Part shown: positions 19,011 through 28,640 of the stretch, one piece after another
How positions within the stretch are numbered: the first letter of the stretch is position 1
How the letters are laid out: every line of letters starts with the position of its first letter
IMG/VR virus record: IMGVR_UViG_3300032050_014001
Coordinates: 1 to 64,000 of that record
Length of the DNA stretch: 64,000 bases
Strand: one strand, 5' to 3'
From: a virus
Lineage: Duplodnaviria; Caudoviricetes
Position numbers and translations under genes: made by a program
Notes under the pieces: generated by a model
Seen by the model: only the letters and a program-made list of their open reading frames with translations
What the model was told of the DNA's origin: nothing
Database searches by the model: none

Positions 19011-22000
19011 TTAAACAAAGTTTTTACCTGCTACTGATCCGTACCAGGTATTTCCATCTACGCTCATAAAGGAGTACATGTCGGTAGCATTTGCTGTAGA
19101 TGTAACAGTAGGTGCACCTCCACTCCATTTTAATATTTTGCCAGTAAATGTCCACGTTACTGTCTTGCTACCTGTTCCGTCTTGTGTTAAAAGTATCAAA
19201 AACGAATTAACACCTGTTGGTATATTTTGAAGTTGGAAACTTGTAATATTTTTATCTAATCTAATTGGAAATACTGTTCCTTGTGACAAATCTACCGTGT
19301 ATATAAAAGTACCCGGAATAGATACTGACACAGATGTTTCGGAATATGATTTAAATTTTACATAATTAGATGATAGATTGACAAAATTAGCAGAAGCTGC
19401 TGATACAATACCAATTGGTGCTAATACATTACCTGCACTCAAAAATAAATTTCCGGTTCGTGAAGATATGTTACCACTATTTGTGTATATATGCCCACTA
19501 TTTGTATATATCTGAGAATTAAGACCTGTAGTATATATATGTGAATTAGTTCCGGTTGTATATATATGTGAATTAGTTCCGGTTGTATAAAATGCCGCAT
19601 CATTATTGCTTAAAAAGATAAAAGAGCCAGCTTGCCTCAATCCGCCATCTTCTAGCCGATTAGAGCTATTGGTGAGTGGATAATAACCAGGTGTCAATCC
19701 TGTAGAAGTTGATAAATTTGCTGTTGTCGATAATTCAAGTTTATTATTAGCATCATCATATCTAATAGATATGCCTTTTCCTGCTGATAATAAATTATTT
19801 ACGGTATCTTGTACGTCCTCTGTAGTTAAACCAGTGTTTGCCCAAACAGCACTGTTATCTTTTACAGTAGTAAAAGTATTCTGCCAATTAGATGATAATG
19901 CCTTTAAGTCAGCTCCTTGATATGACCATGTAGTAGCACTATTGCTATTGACTGTATTATAAGTAGATTCCCAATTTCCTGTTAAAGCCTTTAAGTCAGC
20001 TCCTTGATATGACCATGTAGTAGCACTGTTATCTTTTACAGTAGTAAAAGTATTCTGCCAATTAGATGATAATGCCTTTAAGTCAGCTCCTTGATATGAC
20101 CATGTAGTAGCACTGTTATCTTTTACAGTAGTAAAAATATTCTGCCAATTAGATGATACACCATTTATTTTAGTATATATATCATTAATAGTTGTACCCG
20201 TAAGCTGTCCAGATACGTTCATACTGCCATTTACATCCAATTGATACTGTGGAGAAAGTGTATTAATCCCTATCTTTCCATCTGAGTGGATGAACATACG
20301 AGGATTTGCTGAAAGATATAATGCATTGGTTTCATTATAACCATAATTTACACCGAAATTGGCACCGCCAGTAGAGAAAACTATACCATGTCCAGAACGA
20401 ACTTGAAATTGGTTGTTATCTTCTATATTTAATTCGTCCGCGCCCAAATAACCCAAATACCCCTGTTTAACCCCACCATCTTGTTTAAAAATAATACCGG
20501 GATGACAATCTTCGTTAGCGCCATTATTATCAGTATCAGATTCCAATGTTAGATAACAATGTCCATTTGAATTTATTCCTGAACTAATATGTAAATTAGA
20601 TTCTGGTGTACTTGCACCAATTCCTGCATATGGAACACCAGAGTCAATGTTCAAATGAAATAATGTTGTAATTTCGTCAGGATCTAATGTAGATCCTATG
20701 TTTCGTATAGAAAATGATTGGCCACCACCAGTTTTTCCATTTAAAAGATGATCGTCATGCAAGTCTAATGATAAGTGATATTTATTATCCGTACCAATTT
20801 GTCGTAAATATGCCCAATCATTATTAGAAGCGCCCGGTGCAAATTGCATATATACACCAGAAAGATTATATGTGTTTGGCGCACTAGACCCAACATTAGA
20901 TGTTTCTACACTAATGGTTTCACTATCTAATGTTATTGCTCCACCTACGTGTAAAGTAGTGCCGGGTGTACTCTTATTAATTCCAACCCTTTGCCCGCTT
21001 ATCACCATTGATTCACTTACAGTGTATAAATCATTATCTGTATCTGATGAATATACAAATTTTGTAGTAGGTAATGCATTAGTACCATTTGCATTATATA
21101 TTAATATGCCTGCACCGGCTCTCTCATTTGTACCTTTTTTGTAAACTGGCGATGCTGTTTCACCAGATAATCTTAAATTAGATCCGAGTAATGTGTACTG
21201 TTGGGATACAGATAAAAATCCATAAGATCTATTTGCATCCAATTTATTATAAACACCCAAAGTACCATTGGTCATGAAGTTTATATCATTATCATTGTCT
21301 CCCAAAACGTGTAATCTATATGTTGGTAGTGATGTTCCTATACCAATATTACCAACTGAATTTATACGCATGCGTTCCACAGTACCGGGTACCGAAGTGA
21401 TCTGTGATGCACATAATGTAGCAAATGAAATTACACCCTTTAATTCTGCTTGTGATTGTAGCCCCTCATAACCAAGATCTATGCGCGCGACACCACCGCC
21501 GCCCAAGGCACCATAACCAACACCCAAAGTACCGCCAATATACGGAAAAACTCTAGTGCTCCAAGCAGTATAGTAACCGGGTGCATTGTATCCTGGGTTT
21601 GAGCTAAATCCGGATAAAGGCGCGGCACTATCACCTGATAAATTATATATTCTTGTTACTGCGCCACCTCTTTCGGGCACTAGATTATCATAATTATAAA
21701 TATTTTGATAATCTAGATTCTCGACTATTGTTTGATTGGATCCCGATAAAAGAAATCCACCAGCCACATAAAGTTTGGGGTCAGTACCTGCCCAACCGGG
21801 TATTGATTCTGCGTTTATTGATAATTGATTGGACGGCGTAACAGCCATAGCTACCGTTTTTGTTTCACTATTAGTAGGTGTGTGGGAAAAATTTAAATTT
21901 GAATTTTTTACAGATACAACATAGTTTTTACTTGAACCTGTAGCACCTCTCAATTTTAAATTACCGCCATCTACAGTAGATGATAATGCATATATATCTA

Positions 22001-22811
22001 ATTGTGTGGATGGCGCACCTCCTATACCCACCCAACCACTATTACCAATTATAAATGTCGAATTAGTACTACTAGCTGACAAAATCGGCCCAACTCCTTT
22101 TTGTTTTAATGATAAAACAGGTTTATCTGCAGTAACAATTTCAGCATATATTGCTGGCACGGCCAGACCCACATTAACAACACTAAGTGAATCTGTAGTA
22201 TTTGTAGTCAAATTTACTAATGTAGTAGACCCTAATGCAGTTAAATTTCCTGTAATTAATATATTATCTATTGTCATATTGGATGAATTTGAATTCACCC
22301 AAGTTGTACTTGCATTCCATGATGCAGAATTAGTTTTTACAGTTGTAAAAACTCTACCAACATCGCGTGTATTTAATGTTACACCATCTACAGTTGGAAA
22401 ATTAGCATATATTGCACCATTTGCTGTTATGTCATTTGTAATTGTATTACCTTGCACATAAAAATCATCTGAAACAAATACACCATTTTCATAATTTAAT
22501 GACAATGTGAATGGTTTAGGTTGTGTAGTTGGATCAACGGCATATATTGCTGTAGCACCAAAATATGGATTAGCTAAACGCAATGTACCATCAACAATAT
22601 GATTTCGTGTAACTAAATCACTTTTAATTGTCAATTTATTTGCTATTATATCACCCAATGCTGACAGGCCACCGCTTAATATGAAATCCCCCCGAAATGG
22701 GTGTTCTGGCGAAGCAATAGGATCATAAGCACTATCCAATAAACCACCAGTAGACAATGTATGGTGATTGGCCCTGTGTAATTTATCATGAAAACGCGCA
22801 TTTCCGGACAT
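19011..22811 (-). CDS. Long tail fibre / virion adhesin
   Basis: 1266 aa, Ser/Thr/Gly/Asn-rich; repeated GNIGIGT..P..LHV fibre modules; C-terminal LTQDGTGS..W..G.P..T domain; TAAATA upstream. Confidence 0.8.
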   Translation of the reverse strand: MSGNARFHDKLHRANHHTLSTGGLLDSAYDPIASPEHPFRGDFILSGGLSALGDIIANKLTIKSDLVTRNHIVDGTLRLANPYFGATAIYAVDPTTQPKPFTLSLNYENGVFVSDDFYVQGNTITNDITANGAIYANFPTVDGVTLNTRDVGRVFTTVKTNSASWNASTTWVNSNSSNMTIDNILITGNLTALGSTTLVNLTTNTTDSLSVVNVGLAVPAIYAEIVTADKPVLSLKQKGVGPILSASSTNSTFIIGNSGWVGIGGAPSTQLDIYALSSTVDGGNLKLRGATGSSKNYVVSVKNSNLNFSHTPTNSETKTVAMAVTPSNQLSINAESIPGWAGTDPKLYVAGGFLLSGSNQTIVENLDYQNIYNYDNLVPERGGAVTRIYNLSGDSAAPLSGFSSNPGYNAPGYYTAWSTRVFPYIGGTLGVGYGALGGGGVARIDLGYEGLQSQAELKGVISFATLCASQITSVPGTVERMRINSVGNIGIGTSLPTYRLHVLGDNDNDINFMTNGTLGVYNKLDANRSYGFLSVSQQYTLLGSNLRLSGETASPVYKKGTNERAGAGILIYNANGTNALPTTKFVYSSDTDNDLYTVSESMVISGQRVGINKSTPGTTLHVGGAITLDSETISVETSNVGSSAPNTYNLSGVYMQFAPGASNNDWAYLRQIGTDNKYHLSLDLHDDHLLNGKTGGGQSFSIRNIGSTLDPDEITTLFHLNIDSGVPYAGIGASTPESNLHISSGINSNGHCYLTLESDTDNNGANEDCHPGIIFKQDGGVKQGYLGYLGADELNIEDNNQFQVRSGHGIVFSTGGANFGVNYGYNETNALYLSANPRMFIHSDGKIGINTLSPQYQLDVNGSMNVSGQLTGTTINDIYTKINGVSSNWQNIFTTVKDNSATTWSYQGADLKALSSNWQNTFTTVKDNSATTWSYQGADLKALTGNWESTYNTVNSNSATTWSYQGADLKALSSNWQNTFTTVKDNSAVWANTGLTTEDVQDTVNNLLSAGKGISIRYDDANNKLELSTTANLSTSTGLTPGYYPLTNSSNRLEDGGLRQAGSFIFLSNNDAAFYTTGTNSHIYTTGTNSHIYTTGLNSQIYTNSGHIYTNSGNISSRTGNLFLSAGNVLAPIGIVSAASANFVNLSSNYVKFKSYSETSVSVSIPGTFIYTVDLSQGTVFPIRLDKNITSFQLQNIPTGVNSFLILLTQDGTGSKTVTWTFTGKILKWSGGAPTVTSTANATDMYSFMSVDGNTWYGSVAGKNFV
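19483..19589. repeat. 27-bp tandem repeats in the fibre gene (TGTNSHIYT units)
   Basis: gtatatatatgtgaattagttccggtt occurs exactly at 19531 and 19558, with degenerate copies upstream. Confidence 0.85.
19848..20158. repeat. 87-bp tandem repeats (about 3.6 units; 29-aa SSNWQNTFTTVKDNSATTWSYQGADLKAL)
   Basis: Units start at 19848, 19935, 20022 and 20109. Units 1 and 3 are identical; unit 2 is diverged over half its length. Confidence 0.95.
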
Positions 22812-22813
22812 TG

Positions 22814-22840
22814 AAAGTATTTACACTTATTAAATACTTT
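22814..22840. promoter_or_regulatory. Back-to-back divergent late promoters forming an inverted repeat
   Basis: AAAGTATTTA-cacttat-TAAATACTTT; each TAAATA is 6 nt from an ATG (22811 on -, 22843 on +). Confidence 0.7.
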
Positions 22841-22842
22841 TA

Positions 22843-23463
22843 ATGTCGACTGGAATGAACTTTACCTGTATTTCCGCTTTTGATGCTTCTAAAGATATCA
22901 TATGGTCATTCTCTTATAAAATAGAAAATGATCCGGGTGTTTTTGGCGGAGGCGGATTTACTACCTTTTTGAATTTTCTGTCGACACAGAGTCAGGGGGG
23001 TATAAAATATGGATTGGGTTATGGTCCTTTTGTATCTAGCACAGACAATTATAACGGTGTTGATGCAAATTTTTTAGCTATGGGATTTGACACAACTGGT
23101 TATTTTGGAACATCTGGGTCTGGATTTAATACAGGATTGTCACTACCTATTTTTAATTCACTTACTTATAGAAAAGGTACACAATTTGATTTAGTCACAT
23201 CACATGGATTAGATTTTTACATTAATTCTAATACTTGGCAGACTTTAAGATTCCAATTAACAAATAAAGGAAATACTTTAAATTCGTTTTATTGTGACGA
23301 AAAATTTAATTATAAATTAATTTCATCAGTTGAAACATTATCAACTTTTATTGAACCCCAAAAATTACATATGGGCATATCATTTGCTACACCCATACAA
23401 GGTAGTGATGGATTTAAATTGAAGGTGCGCAATTTTCATTGCTACGGAAATCCTCTTCCTTAA
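22843..23463 (+). CDS. ConA/legume-lectin-like beta-sandwich protein, probably virion-associated
   Basis: GGGFTTFL..GLGY..FLAMGFDTTG..LHMGISF pattern of L-type lectin-like domains. Confidence 0.55.
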   Translation: MSTGMNFTCISAFDASKDIIWSFSYKIENDPGVFGGGGFTTFLNFLSTQSQGGIKYGLGYGPFVSSTDNYNGVDANFLAMGFDTTGYFGTSGSGFNTGLSLPIFNSLTYRKGTQFDLVTSHGLDFYINSNTWQTLRFQLTNKGNTLNSFYCDEKFNYKLISSVETLSTFIEPQKLHMGISFATPIQGSDGFKLKVRNFHCYGNPLP

Positions 23464-23707
23464 GAATTTCTAGATCATAGATAAATTCTTCGACCTTTAC
23501 GTCATGAATCATAGCTGGTGCTCTTTCTACAATATACTTTTGGAAGTCTAACGGTTTAATCCAATCAGTACGCTTATTCAAATCAATATTATGTTCTTCA
23601 GCAGTTTTGGTAACAATATCCAAAGCTTCAATCAAGCAAAGCCAACGAGCATATGTTTCAACTGACATCTTATGATCACCAATAGTAACTTCGATATTTT
23701 TATTCAT
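23414..23707 (-). CDS. Hypothetical protein
   Basis: Part of an overlapping minus-strand gene run. Confidence 0.6.
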   Translation of the reverse strand: MNKNIEVTIGDHKMSVETYARWLCLIEALDIVTKTAEEHNIDLNKRTDWIKPLDFQKYIVERAPAMIHDVKVEEFIYDLEILKEEDFRSNENCAPSI

Positions 23708-24107
23708 GTATATTTTTTAATAGGTTTCCTAACAAAAAATAAACTAAATCATGATTTATTTGTTTTTCAAAATCATGCCCCATAAGATCTATTATGCTAT
23801 CTAATGATTCAAATAATAAATCTAATTTCTTATATGCAATTCTCTTTTCACTGTCTTCTAGATTATCGATAATGTAATTTTTAACAGAAGAGACAATTTC
23901 TTTTAAAAGATTTATATTGTTTGATTTCTTTGCTAAACTATAACCTTTTTCATATGCTTTGAACGTGCGGTGGGTTTGTTGTAAACAATACTTTTCGACA
24001 ATATTAATAATATCTGTACGTTTTACTCTTTCTTCATTGAAAGCAGTTGGCGAAGAAAGTTTTTCTGTTATATTTTGCAATTCTTTTGAATTAAACTGGT
24101 TCTCCAT
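23700..24107 (-). CDS. Hypothetical protein
   Basis: Overlaps its neighbours in the same run. Confidence 0.6.
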   Translation of the reverse strand: MENQFNSKELQNITEKLSSPTAFNEERVKRTDIINIVEKYCLQQTHRTFKAYEKGYSLAKKSNNINLLKEIVSSVKNYIIDNLEDSEKRIAYKKLDLLFESLDSIIDLMGHDFEKQINHDLVYFLLGNLLKNIHE

Positions 24108-24498
24108 TTTCTTTATATACTAAATTATAAGCTTCGGATTTTTCTAACTTTACCGGTTCTGTTTGCAAGAATGTCTTGATTTCTAGATTAACACGAACAT
24201 TTTTATTACATTCTAAACAACGATATGAATTATCTTCATCTAACCTAATAGGGATGAAATTATCAATTGCTTTATCACAAGGACATTTTACGTTGCAGCC
24301 TTGTTTAGAATATTCTTTCAGAATTTCAATTTGATTTTTTTCATTAATAACACCCAGAAATGTATTCCAAACATTATAAAATATAATTTGCAAAAAAGAT
24401 AAGCAAATCATCCAACCAAAAAATGTTTTTACATCACTAGAAAATATATATGATATTGTGCCTGATGTCACAAAAAGAATAATTACAGCACGTAACAT
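24091..24498 (-). CDS. Membrane protein with two TM segments and a Cys4 (CxC..CxxC) putative Zn ribbon
   Basis: Hydrophobic N-terminus; CPC and CLEC. Confidence 0.6.
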   Translation of the reverse strand: MLRAVIILFVTSGTISYIFSSDVKTFFGWMICLSFLQIIFYNVWNTFLGVINEKNQIEILKEYSKQGCNVKCPCDKAIDNFIPIRLDEDNSYRCLECNKNVRVNLEIKTFLQTEPVKLEKSEAYNLVYKENGEPV

Positions 24499-24512
24499 TC
24501 TTTCAATATAAA

Positions 24513-24887
24513 CTAAAATGATAATTTGTCAAGATACTTAATTACGTCTTGAGCAAAAATGGCATTAATCTTATTAATGCGATCAATCAATTTACTCGCA
24601 ATCATTTTTTTAGATTCAGACGCCACATCTGATTTACCATAATCACTAATTTTATCTGATAGATTTTTTAGTTCTACAATATAATTAGCAATCTGAGGTA
24701 TAATAACTGATGATTGAAATTGATGTGGAAGTATTTTTGGTGTATCAATTTCAGATGTTATTTGTGATTTTAAATCTGTTAATGAAGAGTCCGATGCATC
24801 AGGTCCTATACCCGTTACATTACGATTGGCATCTGCTATGGTATTATCTTCAGTAAAAAATCGTCTTCTCACAATTTTATTTATCAT
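24513..24887 (-). CDS. Hypothetical helical protein
   Basis: ORF with normal composition. Confidence 0.6.
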   Translation of the reverse strand: MINKIVRRRFFTEDNTIADANRNVTGIGPDASDSSLTDLKSQITSEIDTPKILPHQFQSSVIIPQIANYIVELKNLSDKISDYGKSDVASESKKMIASKLIDRINKINAIFAQDVIKYLDKLSF

Positions 24888-24905
24888 GTTTGAATAAATA
24901 AATGC

Positions 24906-25325
24906 ATGAGTAATCTATTTGAAAATGCATTCAAACGTGTATTAGTTGAAGCAGATGACGTACCAATGTCTGATACAGAAGCTATGGCTTCAACATTAGA
25001 TGCTGGTACTGTACCAAGTGATTATGATATTGAAGCTGGTACACAACAAGCCTCAATTGCTGCTGCTAAAGCTAATGTCGCTATGGTTGAAAAATTGCAT
25101 CATTGGATTTCGAAGATTGCAGAATTTACTGAATTCTTAAATGGGCAGGGCCCCGATTCAGTTCAAACACAATTATCCAAAGCTCATGAAAAGAGTTTGT
25201 TTGGATCTATCAAAACAGCAGAAACTAAGAAGATTGCATTAGTTGCTCGTGAATTAGCAGGATTCCAACAAATGTTAAATGGATATGTTGCTTCTTCTGC
25301 TGATCCTAAGTACAAAGGCGTCTAA
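24906..25325 (+). CDS. Hypothetical late protein with a capsid-targeting-like N-terminus
   Basis: MSNLFENAFKRVLVEA; TAAATA 5 nt upstream. Confidence 0.65.
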   Translation: MSNLFENAFKRVLVEADDVPMSDTEAMASTLDAGTVPSDYDIEAGTQQASIAAAKANVAMVEKLHHWISKIAEFTEFLNGQGPDSVQTQLSKAHEKSLFGSIKTAETKKIALVARELAGFQQMLNGYVASSADPKYKGV

Positions 25326-26347
25326 TACATCGCTTTTAATCTAATCTCAGCAGCTAATCCTTTGTAAGAATTTTTCTTAATAAATTCTTTTGGTATTTCA
25401 TTAATCTTTAATGTAATTGCTAGGTCATTAAAGTCTTTTATTTTCTTACCTACACTCTCTGGCCAAATAAAAAGAGTTTCACCATTCTTAGCTAAGATTT
25501 GGCTTTTCTTCTTGGCTGCTTGATCTATCCACTGTGAATCCAGCACCCAAATAAAATCTTTCAATAACAACGAATTTATTTGATCTTGTTGTTTCATAGA
25601 AAACAACTTTTCAGATTCATCCTGGATTCCCGCAACCGCTACTCCATTTTTAACAAAACAAGAATTGAATGGTCCTTCAAAAATAAAAACTTCATTATCA
25701 TCATTGATCTGATCAATATTGAATATTGTCTTTTCACTATTAATTTTTGAGATATAACGCGGTTTAATTTTGTTATCCGCAGCCAATATTGTTCTGGTTT
25801 GATAATGAACAATCTTATTATTTTTATCAAAGAATGGTATTACTAATCTATTCTTATGCACAGGATCAGTTAGTGATATATAAAGTGCTTTTGGTTTATT
25901 GCATGCTGTTTTTAATCTTCTTGCTTCAATAAATTCTAATGCTCTGATGACTACCGTTTCGTCTTTATAATATTCTACTTGCTGTTCATCAAATAAATTA
26001 ATGCAATCTTCTGGCAATGTTGATGATTGAACAATTTCTTTCTTTTCTGTTGTTATATCGTCTAATGATATTGTCGAATAATTTTCTAATTCTTTTTTAA
26101 TGTCTAATATAGACATTCTTGTTACCTCTTGGATCCACGAAATTGGTGTAGAACTCCAACCACAGTTATGACAATATATATTGTTATTTTTTGGAATGTA
26201 ATAACAACGCTGCTTTTTTAACCATGATTTGCCTTCTCTGCAGATCGGGCACGAACCTACATATGTTTTATTGAAACGATTATGTTTCGGTGCGCCAGCA
26301 TGTTGGAAGAATTTTTGTGCAATATATTCTTCGGGCAAGATGATCAT
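25322..26347 (-). CDS. gp61: DNA primase (gp61-like)
   Basis: Zn finger CPIC..CHNC, RLVIPF, TOPRIM FEGP and LDSQWID. Confidence 0.9.
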   Translation of the reverse strand: MIILPEEYIAQKFFQHAGAPKHNRFNKTYVGSCPICREGKSWLKKQRCYYIPKNNNIYCHNCGWSSTPISWIQEVTRMSILDIKKELENYSTISLDDITTEKKEIVQSSTLPEDCINLFDEQQVEYYKDETVVIRALEFIEARRLKTACNKPKALYISLTDPVHKNRLVIPFFDKNNKIVHYQTRTILAADNKIKPRYISKINSEKTIFNIDQINDDNEVFIFEGPFNSCFVKNGVAVAGIQDESEKLFSMKQQDQINSLLLKDFIWVLDSQWIDQAAKKKSQILAKNGETLFIWPESVGKKIKDFNDLAITLKINEIPKEFIKKNSYKGLAAEIRLKAMY

Positions 26348-26364
26348 GCCTTATGATAAGGGGT

Positions 26365-26574
26365 TTAATTAAATTTACAAGAACCCGAAATATCATTACC
26401 AGTTTCTGCATCTAAAACTTTTACTAATCCTTTTCTAATAAATGTACCAGAAGAAGGATCATACCAATGAGCTTCGACAAAAATTTTATCACCGATTCTT
26501 TTTTCCATGATGCGAGGATTTACTGGTTGTCCTGAAATGGGTGATGCAATTCTTTCTGGTTTTACGAAGTCCAT
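26365..26574 (-). CDS. Small hypothetical late protein
   Basis: TAAATA 5 nt upstream of the ATG. Confidence 0.6.
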   Translation of the reverse strand: MDFVKPERIASPISGQPVNPRIMEKRIGDKIFVEAHWYDPSSGTFIRKGLVKVLDAETGNDISGSCKFN

Positions 26575-26578
26575 GTAT

Positions 26579-26839
26579 CTATTTATGTTTTTTGTTGAAT
26601 AAAAATTGTTCTTTTAGAAAAACATAGAGATCTTTAGGTAAGATCTCTACTTTCTCAAGAATTCCGTTTTTTAAACCACGTTTTAAATCAAATTTTGAAA
26701 CTGTTTGATTTTTTATTTCTGGTATTGTTAGAAAATGGCATTGTGAAAAACTACTTTCTATCATTACAAACATTTTACCTTTATGATCACCCTCTAAAAC
26801 ACCAAATGCAGTTCCTTTTTCTGGAACCTTAAAAAGCAT
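26579..26839 (-). CDS. Hypothetical protein
   Basis: Start re-called to MLFKVPEKG to reduce overlap. Confidence 0.5.
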   Translation of the reverse strand: MLFKVPEKGTAFGVLEGDHKGKMFVMIESSFSQCHFLTIPEIKNQTVSKFDLKRGLKNGILEKVEILPKDLYVFLKEQFLFNKKHK

Positions 26840-27146
26840 CGGGGTTATTATTTTGCATAAAGAATCTATTAACCGCCGTAGAAAGGGAATCTGCGTCTTG
26901 TTGGCTGTTTGCATGTACTAAATTAATTGGATTTCCGTTCATGTCATATCCTAAAACGATAAAACATTTCATAAACTCTTCTAATGTAGAAGAGATAGCG
27001 ACTTTATTGTCTGATGATTTACGAGATCTTTCTAGTAAATCAGCTTGTAATGCTTCTTTTAGAAGCTGTTTAATCTGTTCTTTCCCGATTTTATCAGAAT
27101 TATTTTTTGGTATTCTTTTCTTTTTATCATCGGGATTTTCGCCCAT
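26829..27146 (-). CDS. Hypothetical protein
   Basis: Start re-called to MGENPDD, 5 nt after TAAATA (27152-27157). Confidence 0.6.
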   Translation of the reverse strand: MGENPDDKKKRIPKNNSDKIGKEQIKQLLKEALQADLLERSRKSSDNKVAISSTLEEFMKCFIVLGYDMNGNPINLVHANSQQDADSLSTAVNRFFMQNNNPDAF

Positions 27147-27150
27147 AGAA

Positions 27151-27498
27151 TTATTTATTCTTTTCAACATAGTATGGGCTTTTTTCGTCAATTGTTTGAA
27201 TATTTTTTTCGTTTAAATGCGATACAATTACTTCAATTGATTGTGTAGATATAGCAAAATTCTTAGGAAATAGGATACCGCCATCATTTAATTCAAAATA
27301 AATCTCATCGATAAATGTTTTATTAGTAAAACAAGTAACAAAAATAGAAGAACGGCCCGGATCAATTAATACAGTCCATCTTCTCGGATCATGGGCACCG
27401 TATTTTTGAAAAATACGAATTACACTAAACCCACAATCTCTTAATCTTTTAATAAAATATCCGGGTGTAGATATTTTATTTTTTTGTCTCTTATTCAT
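27151..27498 (-). CDS. Hypothetical protein
   Basis: ORF downstream of the clamp gene. Confidence 0.6.
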   Translation of the reverse strand: MNKRQKNKISTPGYFIKRLRDCGFSVIRIFQKYGAHDPRRWTVLIDPGRSSIFVTCFTNKTFIDEIYFELNDGGILFPKNFAISTQSIEVIVSHLNEKNIQTIDEKSPYYVEKNK

Positions 27499-27523
27499 TT
27501 TTTATATATAATTAAGATTAATT

Positions 27524-28258
27524 TTAAATCACTTTCGCAGTGGTTATATATTTCAAATAATATCCCGGTTCTTCTACTTCAACACATAAAATACCTTTGC
27601 TTGAATTAATTTTGAATTGCAATTGACTAGATCTTAATGTTGAAATGCTTCGAACTACATCAAATAAGAATGGCATCGGTTTTGATAATGCATTACCTTG
27701 ATATGTTTCTGCTAAAACAGTAGTAAAGCTATCAACATTATGTTTGCTTTTGTCTGTTAATTCGCAATGAATTTCGCCATTTTCTGAATAAAAATAAATC
27801 TTTTCGCTGTTATTAAAAGTACTACATTTCAACAAATTTTGAAATGTAACAATATCAATAGTAAACTCTACATCAAATTCAAAAGATTGTATTTTACTTA
27901 AAGATAAACCAACTGGTGCAATAATACCATCTTCTAACAGATGATATTTAAATTTAATTTTGGGTGATTTGTATTCGATATTATTTGAATTGACTGTCAA
28001 TTCAATATTTTGATCTTCAATGCAATCAAATGCTTTAATGAACTTTTTGACATCTGGAATATTCAATGATACTTGCTGATCATTGTCTAATGTAGCGTCA
28101 GAACATTTAGCGTAAAGAATGCTATTATTATCTGCTGTTTTGTTTAATGAAATGATTTCATTATTCTTAGCTGTCAGAATAGCTAAATCTGACAGCCTTG
28201 AAATTGGAGATAGGAAATTATTACAAAAACTATTCTTATTCTTAAAAGATAATTTCAT
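27524..28258 (-). CDS. gp45: DNA polymerase sliding clamp (gp45-like)
   Basis: 244 aa; LNIPDVKKFI and terminal YLKYIT patterns; replication-cluster context. Confidence 0.7.
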   Translation of the reverse strand: MKLSFKNKNSFCNNFLSPISRLSDLAILTAKNNEIISLNKTADNNSILYAKCSDATLDNDQQVSLNIPDVKKFIKAFDCIEDQNIELTVNSNNIEYKSPKIKFKYHLLEDGIIAPVGLSLSKIQSFEFDVEFTIDIVTFQNLLKCSTFNNSEKIYFYSENGEIHCELTDKSKHNVDSFTTVLAETYQGNALSKPMPFLFDVVRSISTLRSSQLQFKINSSKGILCVEVEEPGYYLKYITTAKVI

Positions 28259-28270
28259 GTATTAATTGTA

Positions 28271-28639
28271 TTAAGCTTCTAGCTTTTGCAACCTATTACT
28301 GATATTACTTAATTTATCTTCGATGCGCTTCAATGAAGCAAAAATATTCTTAGCGGTAGCTGAGTCATCAAAATCAAATTCCAATTGATCACTAGGTGAT
28401 TTTGGTTGAATCTGTACTCGAGGTTGAATATTTTGTGGTTGAATTGGCGGTGCTTCAGTCTGAGTTAATTGCCTATTGTTCGGGATATTAGTTAAAATAT
28501 TAGTTGCAATTGCTTTAAACTCTTGACTCTGTGGACGCAGATGTTGAGTGCGCCCTACAATGTTTTGATCAAGCTTCGCTAACTCTCCATAGGTTTGTCC
28601 TATGAATTGTTGAAGCATTCCTTGTACATCTTCATCCAT
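28271..28639 (-). CDS. Hypothetical protein (Q/P-rich linker, C-terminal coiled coil)
   Basis: Between SSB and clamp; contains QLEFDF, which resembles a clamp-binding motif. Confidence 0.55.
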   Translation of the reverse strand: MDEDVQGMLQQFIGQTYGELAKLDQNIVGRTQHLRPQSQEFKAIATNILTNIPNNRQLTQTEAPPIQPQNIQPRVQIQPKSPSDQLEFDFDDSATAKNIFASLKRIEDKLSNISNRLQKLEA

Positions 28640-28640
28640 A

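Noticed and set aside
19848-20158. CRISPR array or diversity-generating retroelement TR/VR pair
   Set aside because: Repeats are contiguous, in frame and without spacers; unit 2 differences are not adenine-restricted; no cas or reverse transcriptase gene is in the window.
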